Part shown: one piece after another, positions 59,877-64,000 of the stretch
Position numbering within the stretch: position 1 is the first letter of the stretch
Layout of the letters: each line of letters begins with the position of its first letter
DNA from: Candidatus Bathyarchaeota archaeon
Lineage (GTDB): Archaea > Thermoproteota > Bathyarchaeia > Bathyarchaeales > Bathycorpusculaceae
Direction: 5' to 3'
Assembly (NCBI GenBank): GCA_963702095.1
Contig: OY969706.1
Location: 2,560,001-2,624,000 of the forward strand
DNA: 64,000 nucleotides
Translations under genes and position numbers: made by a program
Notes under the pieces: model-generated
The model's database searches: none
What the model was told of the DNA's origin: nothing
The model's input: only the letters and a program-made list of their open reading frames with translations

Positions 59877-59988
59877 ACAAAAGCACTTACTTTTGCTGTT
59901 TACAAATTGGCATTATTTGTCCAAATTGCCGAATGTGCCAAACACATCTAATGGTGCTTGTGAGCCAAAGTTATCCAATCGTTCGCGA

Positions 59989-60120
59989 CTGCTTGTTTTG
60001 GCTTCCACAACCAGTCTGCAACCTAGAGCCGACGCAGACGCCAAAAAGCAATCTGCCGCACAATCGGCTGGTTGTTGTTGTGTATAGGGCGTTTTCTGCA
60101 ACAACAACTATAGAAAAAAA
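59989..60120 (+). repeat. Dispersed element, subfamily A copy A3
   Basis: ACAACCAG (60007), hairpin 60071-60108, CTATAGAAAAAAA; 60007-60119 is the exact reverse complement of 62667-62779. Confidence 0.9.
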
Positions 60121-60125
60121 GTACA

Positions 60126-60171
60126 GCCCATAACCAGAGACCAGCAGTTCAATCTACTCTCCGACGCCAAC
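60126..60171 (+). repeat. Degenerate direct repeat of the tRNA-iMet 3' half
   Basis: GCCCATAACCAGAGACCAGCAGTTCAATCTACTCTCCGACGCCAAC vs spliced tRNA plus flank GCTCATAACCCAGAGATCAGTAGTTCAAATCTACTCCCCGCTACCAAC. Confidence 0.75.
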
Positions 60172-60198
60172 CAATTTTTGACCTCTGTTTTGCCCCTT

Positions 60199-60378
60199 TA
60201 TCAATAAACAAAAGGTTCTTTGGTTCTGTTTGAGGAATCAGCCACAACCACTCATCAATGCGTTTTTGTTGCAGAACGCAAAGCACAACCACCTACATAG
60301 CCCATAGGAAGATGATGAGTAAGGGCGCGACCCTCTTCTTAAACTAGAAAAAACAAAAAAGAGTCAATTTTGATCTGA
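60199..60378 (+). repeat. Dispersed element, subfamily B copy B3
   Basis: TTTGAGG..ACAACCA (60244)..GGAAGATGATGAGTAAGGGCGCGACCCTCTTCTTAAACTAGAAAAAAC..CAATTTTGATCT. Confidence 0.75.
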
Positions 60379-60536
60379 GGGTGTAAAGAGCGAGGGCTAT
60401 ATGGGAAATCGCAGCCGATCGTTTATGGATATTGTCTGCTAATTACGTCTCAGCCCTAATTTAACCGTAGATTGCGGTAAAAGTAAATAAACAAGTTGAC
60501 CTAGACAAACTACAAGACGCGCATGGGTGAATTATC

Positions 60537-62321
60537 TTGAAGCAGACGATGGCAGCACTCTTAGTTGTAGCTTTCACTCTACTGGTCATTCTACCCCTTG
60601 CGTTATCAGCCAGCGTGGTTTCTGCGCAAACCAGCTACAGCATCCAAAGAGTGGACCATCAAGTCCAAGTCATGTATTCAGGCCACATAGCCATCCTCGA
60701 CACCATCTACGTTTCGGGTCAAGTCAGCGATGGCTTCACAATTGGGTTACCCTACCAGTACAGCGCAGACGTCCTCAAAGTCCTAGCCTACGACAGCAGC
60801 CACGTCTACGACGTTAACTTGGGCGTGCAAATGGGCAACCAAAGTGGATTCTACGGAGCCACAGTAAACTTCAACGGCAACAGCCCCAGCGTATTCACCG
60901 TGGCATTTGTCTTATCCAACAGCTTACTCACTGAACAGGGCAATAGCCAATATACCCTCTCGTTCCCGGCGTATCCAAGCTTAACACAGTCGGTGGGAAC
61001 CTGCCATGCAAACATAACATTTCCCAGCCAACCGACAAGATTAACCATAACTAAACCCGACGGGCAAACCACAAGCGCAACCTACACAAAAACCGATTTA
61101 CCCGCCTACACCTATTCAGCCTCGACCGCTGACTTCAAAGTGCCATCGGGAACCATCCAGTTAACCAGCATAACAAACCTCAACCGCGAAGTAACCATCG
61201 ACGCCACAGGCGCAGTTACAGTAACTGACAGCTACCGCATCGTAGCCAACTCTTCTTCACCGCTAAACTCGTTTGTGCTAAGTTTACCGCAAAACGCAGC
61301 GAACCCAGTTGTCAGAGACCAATTTGAAAACGCCCTCTCTACACAGTACACCAAAACCTCCGACGCGCTTTTGGCAAATGCAACGCTTGTCTCCTTTGTC
61401 AATCAGGGACAAGCCACAGTTATCACGGTATACTATACGTTGCCAAGTGCTGAAATCCAAGCGCCCAACTATGTGCTAAACAACTTTAAGCTGTTCCCCA
61501 ACTTCCAATACTTGGTTACGCAGGCATCCACCGCCTTCAACCTTCCTGAGGGAGCAACCATCATTACCCCCCAAGCCTCAACGCTCACTTCATCCTCAAC
61601 CCTGCTTCGAGGCACATACCAAGACACCCTTAGCGTAACCGCCGACGATGTAAGCTACGTGGACTACCTTGCGCCGCAACAGAACCTTATTCGACTCTCC
61701 TACAACTATAACCCTGTCTGGGTTTCTTTTAGACCGACGTTTTGGGCGGCTTTAGCAGCCTTCATCGGATGCGTAGGCGCAGTTGTCTACCGCAAAGTTA
61801 GACCTAAAGAGGAAACCTACCAAACCCTAGCTGAAGCACACGCCCGAAAAGCAATGGCTCAGCAAGGAACAGTCTACGAAGTCAAACCAGGTCAGCAAGT
61901 GACAACAGAAACCATCAAGGAATTCGTCGACGCCTATGAGAACAGGGGACAACTCAAAGCAGAGTTGCACTCGATGGACGTCAAAGCACAGAAAGGCAAG
62001 ATTCCAAGACGCCAATACAAGGTGCAACGCAGATCTGTTGAAATCCGCATCGAAGGTTTAACCAGAAATATAGAGCGGTTAAAAGCGGTGCTTCGGAGTT
62101 CCAGCGGCGCTTACCCCGATTTGGTTCGGCAGTTGGATTTGGCTGAGGCAGACTTGGCGGAGTCAGAGCTAAACATCGGAAAACTCGAAGTTCTCCACGG
62201 TAAAGGGGAAATGTCACGTGAGAACTACAAGCAAAAAATCGTTGACTACCAAAAAGTCCACGAAAAGGCGGAATCAGCCATTAAAGGAATTTTGCTGAGA
62301 TTACGTGAAAAAATACGTTAA
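60537..62321 (+). CDS. Ribophorin I (OST1)-like membrane protein
   Basis: Signal peptide, beta-rich extracellular region (ITNLNREVTID..G, LPQNA..VRDQFEN, LPEGA), one TM, cytoplasmic helical tail. Confidence 0.65.
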   Translation: MKQTMAALLVVAFTLLVILPLALSASVVSAQTSYSIQRVDHQVQVMYSGHIAILDTIYVSGQVSDGFTIGLPYQYSADVLKVLAYDSSHVYDVNLGVQMGNQSGFYGATVNFNGNSPSVFTVAFVLSNSLLTEQGNSQYTLSFPAYPSLTQSVGTCHANITFPSQPTRLTITKPDGQTTSATYTKTDLPAYTYSASTADFKVPSGTIQLTSITNLNREVTIDATGAVTVTDSYRIVANSSSPLNSFVLSLPQNAANPVVRDQFENALSTQYTKTSDALLANATLVSFVNQGQATVITVYYTLPSAEIQAPNYVLNNFKLFPNFQYLVTQASTAFNLPEGATIITPQASTLTSSSTLLRGTYQDTLSVTADDVSYVDYLAPQQNLIRLSYNYNPVWVSFRPTFWAALAAFIGCVGAVVYRKVRPKEETYQTLAEAHARKAMAQQGTVYEVKPGQQVTTETIKEFVDAYENRGQLKAELHSMDVKAQKGKIPRRQYKVQRRSVEIRIEGLTRNIERLKAVLRSSSGAYPDLVRQLDLAEADLAESELNIGKLEVLHGKGEMSRENYKQKIVDYQKVHEKAESAIKGILLRLREKIR

Positions 62322-62388
62322 GTAACCTAAACACTTTTATTTTACAGGGCAGCTTTTTGGGAAATATTACGGTGAGGTAAGACAAAAA

Positions 62389-62568
62389 ATGGTAAAAATT
62401 GTTGTCGATGCCAAATGCACTGGATGCGAAACTTGTGTCAACACTTGCCCAGTCGGCGTTTACGAAATCAAAAACGGCAAGTCAGTTCCAACCAAGGAAA
62501 GCGAATGCTTGGTTTGCAGAGCTTGTGAAGCACAATGTCCTGAAGGTGCAATTCAGGTAATCGAGTAA
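62389..62568 (+). CDS. 2[4Fe-4S] ferredoxin (59 aa; absent from the ORF track)
   Basis: MVKIVVDAKCTGCETCVNTCP..ECLVCRACEAQCPEGAIQVIE; GGTGAGG ribosome-binding site. Confidence 0.93.
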   Translation: MVKIVVDAKCTGCETCVNTCPVGVYEIKNGKSVPTKESECLVCRACEAQCPEGAIQVIE

Positions 62569-62666
62569 ACCAAAAAATAGTCTCTCACTTTTGAGAGAGC
62601 TTTCCTCTTTTATTAACAATCATTTTTCGATCAATCTAATGGTCTGTGGTTCATTATGTGGCTCGG

Positions 62667-62800
62667 TTTTTTCTATAGTTGTTGTTGCAGAAAACGCCCT
62701 ATACACAACAACAACCAGCCGATTGTGCGGCAGATTGCTTTTTGGCGTCTGCGTCGGCTCTAGGTTGCAGACTGGTTGTAGCGTACTCCGCAAGCAGAAC
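62667..62800 (-). repeat. Dispersed element, subfamily A copy A4
   Basis: 113-bp exact reverse complement of the A3 core; also carries the 5' CTGCTTGCGG motif. Confidence 0.9.
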
Positions 62801-62953
62801 AGCAAATGTGAGCCTGAAAAATTAAAGGGGTTGCTGTTTAAATCGTTTGTAATCTTTTAGCTATCACAATTATTTAACTAACTGATAAGCTTCACAGTAG
62901 CATAGCTACTTTTGATTTTCAGGTATTAATGAATTTTTGTAGGAGGTGAATTG

Positions 62954-64000
62954 ATGTCAAACCAAGAGAAACCCAACATGCTCATGATGTTCGGTGACGA
63001 CATCGGCTGGTGGAACATCAGCTATAACAACAACGGACAAATGGGTTACCGAACACCAAACATCGACCGCATCGCCCACGAAGGCCTCGCTTTCACAGAT
63101 TATTACGGTCAACAAAGCTGCACAGCAGGCAGAGCAGCCTTCATCACAGGACAAAATCCCGTGCGAACAGGTTTAACAAAAGTAGGCATGCCCGGAGCCA
63201 ACTTAGGAATCCAACCCGAAGACCCAACTATCGCAGAGTTACTAAAGCCAATGGGGTATGTCACTGCCCAATTTGGGAAAAACCACTTAGGCGATAGAGA
63301 CGAGTTTTTGCCCACCAACCATGGTTTCGACGAGTTCTTCGGCAATCTTTACCATTTAAATGCAGAAGAAGAGCCTGAGCTTCCAGATTACCCCAAAGAC
63401 CCCCAGTTCAGAAAGAGGTTTGGACCCCGCGGAGTTCTCCACAGTTATGCTGGAGGAAAAATCGAAGATACTGGCCCGTTAACCAAGAAACGTATGGAAA
63501 CAATCGATGATGAAATAACTGATCACACCCTTAGATTCCTAGAGGATACTTCGAAAACGGGTAAACCTTTCTTCGTCTGGTACAACACCACCGGGATGCA
63601 TGTCAGAACCCATCCTGCAGTGAAACACTTAGGAAAAAGCGGCAAAGGCGGAGTCTACAACGACGTCATGGTGGCTCATGACGAAAACATTGGCAAATTA
63701 CTCGATAAACTCGATGCCCTAGGCATCGCCGACAACACCATCGTATTATACTCCACCGATAATGGTCCACACTTTAACACTTGGCCAGACGCTGCAATAA
63801 CACCCTTCCGAAGCGAAAAAAACACCAATTGGGAAGGTGCATGGCGTGTTCCAGCGTTTGCGCGTTGCGCCAAAAAGTTTCCTGCAGCAAAGGTCCTCAC
63901 TGGCATAGTATCGCATCAGGATTGGCTGCCAACACTGCTCGCTGTCGCGGGTGAACCAAACATTTCTGAAAAACTCTTGAAGGGATATACCTCTGGTTCA
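62954..64000 (+). CDS. Arylsulfatase (Cys-type), runs off the window end
   Basis: KPN..GDDIG, TPNIDRIA, SCTAGRAAFITG, FGKNHLG, TDNG; AGGAGGTGA ribosome-binding site. Confidence 0.9.
   Translation, partial: MSNQEKPNMLMMFGDDIGWWNISYNNNGQMGYRTPNIDRIAHEGLAFTDYYGQQSCTAGRAAFITGQNPVRTGLTKVGMPGANLGIQPEDPTIAELLKPMGYVTAQFGKNHLGDRDEFLPTNHGFDEFFGNLYHLNAEEEPELPDYPKDPQFRKRFGPRGVLHSYAGGKIEDTGPLTKKRMETIDDEITDHTLRFLEDTSKTGKPFFVWYNTTGMHVRTHPAVKHLGKSGKGGVYNDVMVAHDENIGKLLDKLDALGIADNTIVLYSTDNGPHFNTWPDAAITPFRSEKNTNWEGAWRVPAFARCAKKFPAAKVLTGIVSHQDWLPTLLAVAGEPNISEKLLKGYTSGS

Noticed and set aside
60307-60340. Box C (ATGATGA) or SECIS-like motif in subfamily B hairpins
   Set aside because: Full RTGATGA occurs only in B3, there is no matching box D in the stem, and no selenoprotein candidate is nearby
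18715-62800. Repeat copies as a CRISPR array or integron attC sites
   Set aside because: The copies are dispersed, in both orientations and not separated by uniform spacers or single cassettes; no cas or integrase genes are present
842-63906. Numerous 60-200 aa ORFs antisense to or overlapping assigned genes
   Set aside because: They are shadow frames of well-supported CDSs with no recognisable motifs

Overview
Archaeal chromosomal DNA, most consistent with Bathyarchaeia (inference from a BHB-intron initiator tRNA, FwdD/FwdB, CTP-dependent riboflavin kinase, PAC2, and VPEF-anchored beta-helix and PQQ-like propeller surface proteins). In order, the window holds: a HEPN/MNT toxin-antitoxin pair; glycosyltransferases; cobD; fwdDB; five cobalamin-dependent radical SAM paralogs with a methyltransferase, a divergent Dph6-like ATPase and cbiB; a module of two beta-propeller surface proteins, two radical SAM/SPASM enzymes, a HemN-like enzyme, rnfD-rnfC without other rnf genes and a near-identical tandem membrane-protein pair; a P-type H+-ATPase, ino1, gcvH, acdA, amrS and hisGDCBHAFI; tRNA-iMet; a ribophorin I-like protein; a ferredoxin; and a truncated sulfatase. 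The main unexplained signal is a dispersed intergenic element of about 130-180 bp present in 7 copies. It has fixed internal spacing, phased RCARCC hexamers and a terminal hairpin whose stem is swapped between two subfamilies. Two copies form a perfect 113-bp inverted pair, and one lies between tRNA-iMet and a decayed copy of that tRNA's 3' half. Four of five frameshifts map to present or restorable GGCC sites (the fifth plausibly), suggesting methylation-linked sequencing errors. All calls are from by-eye motif recognition; no searches were run.
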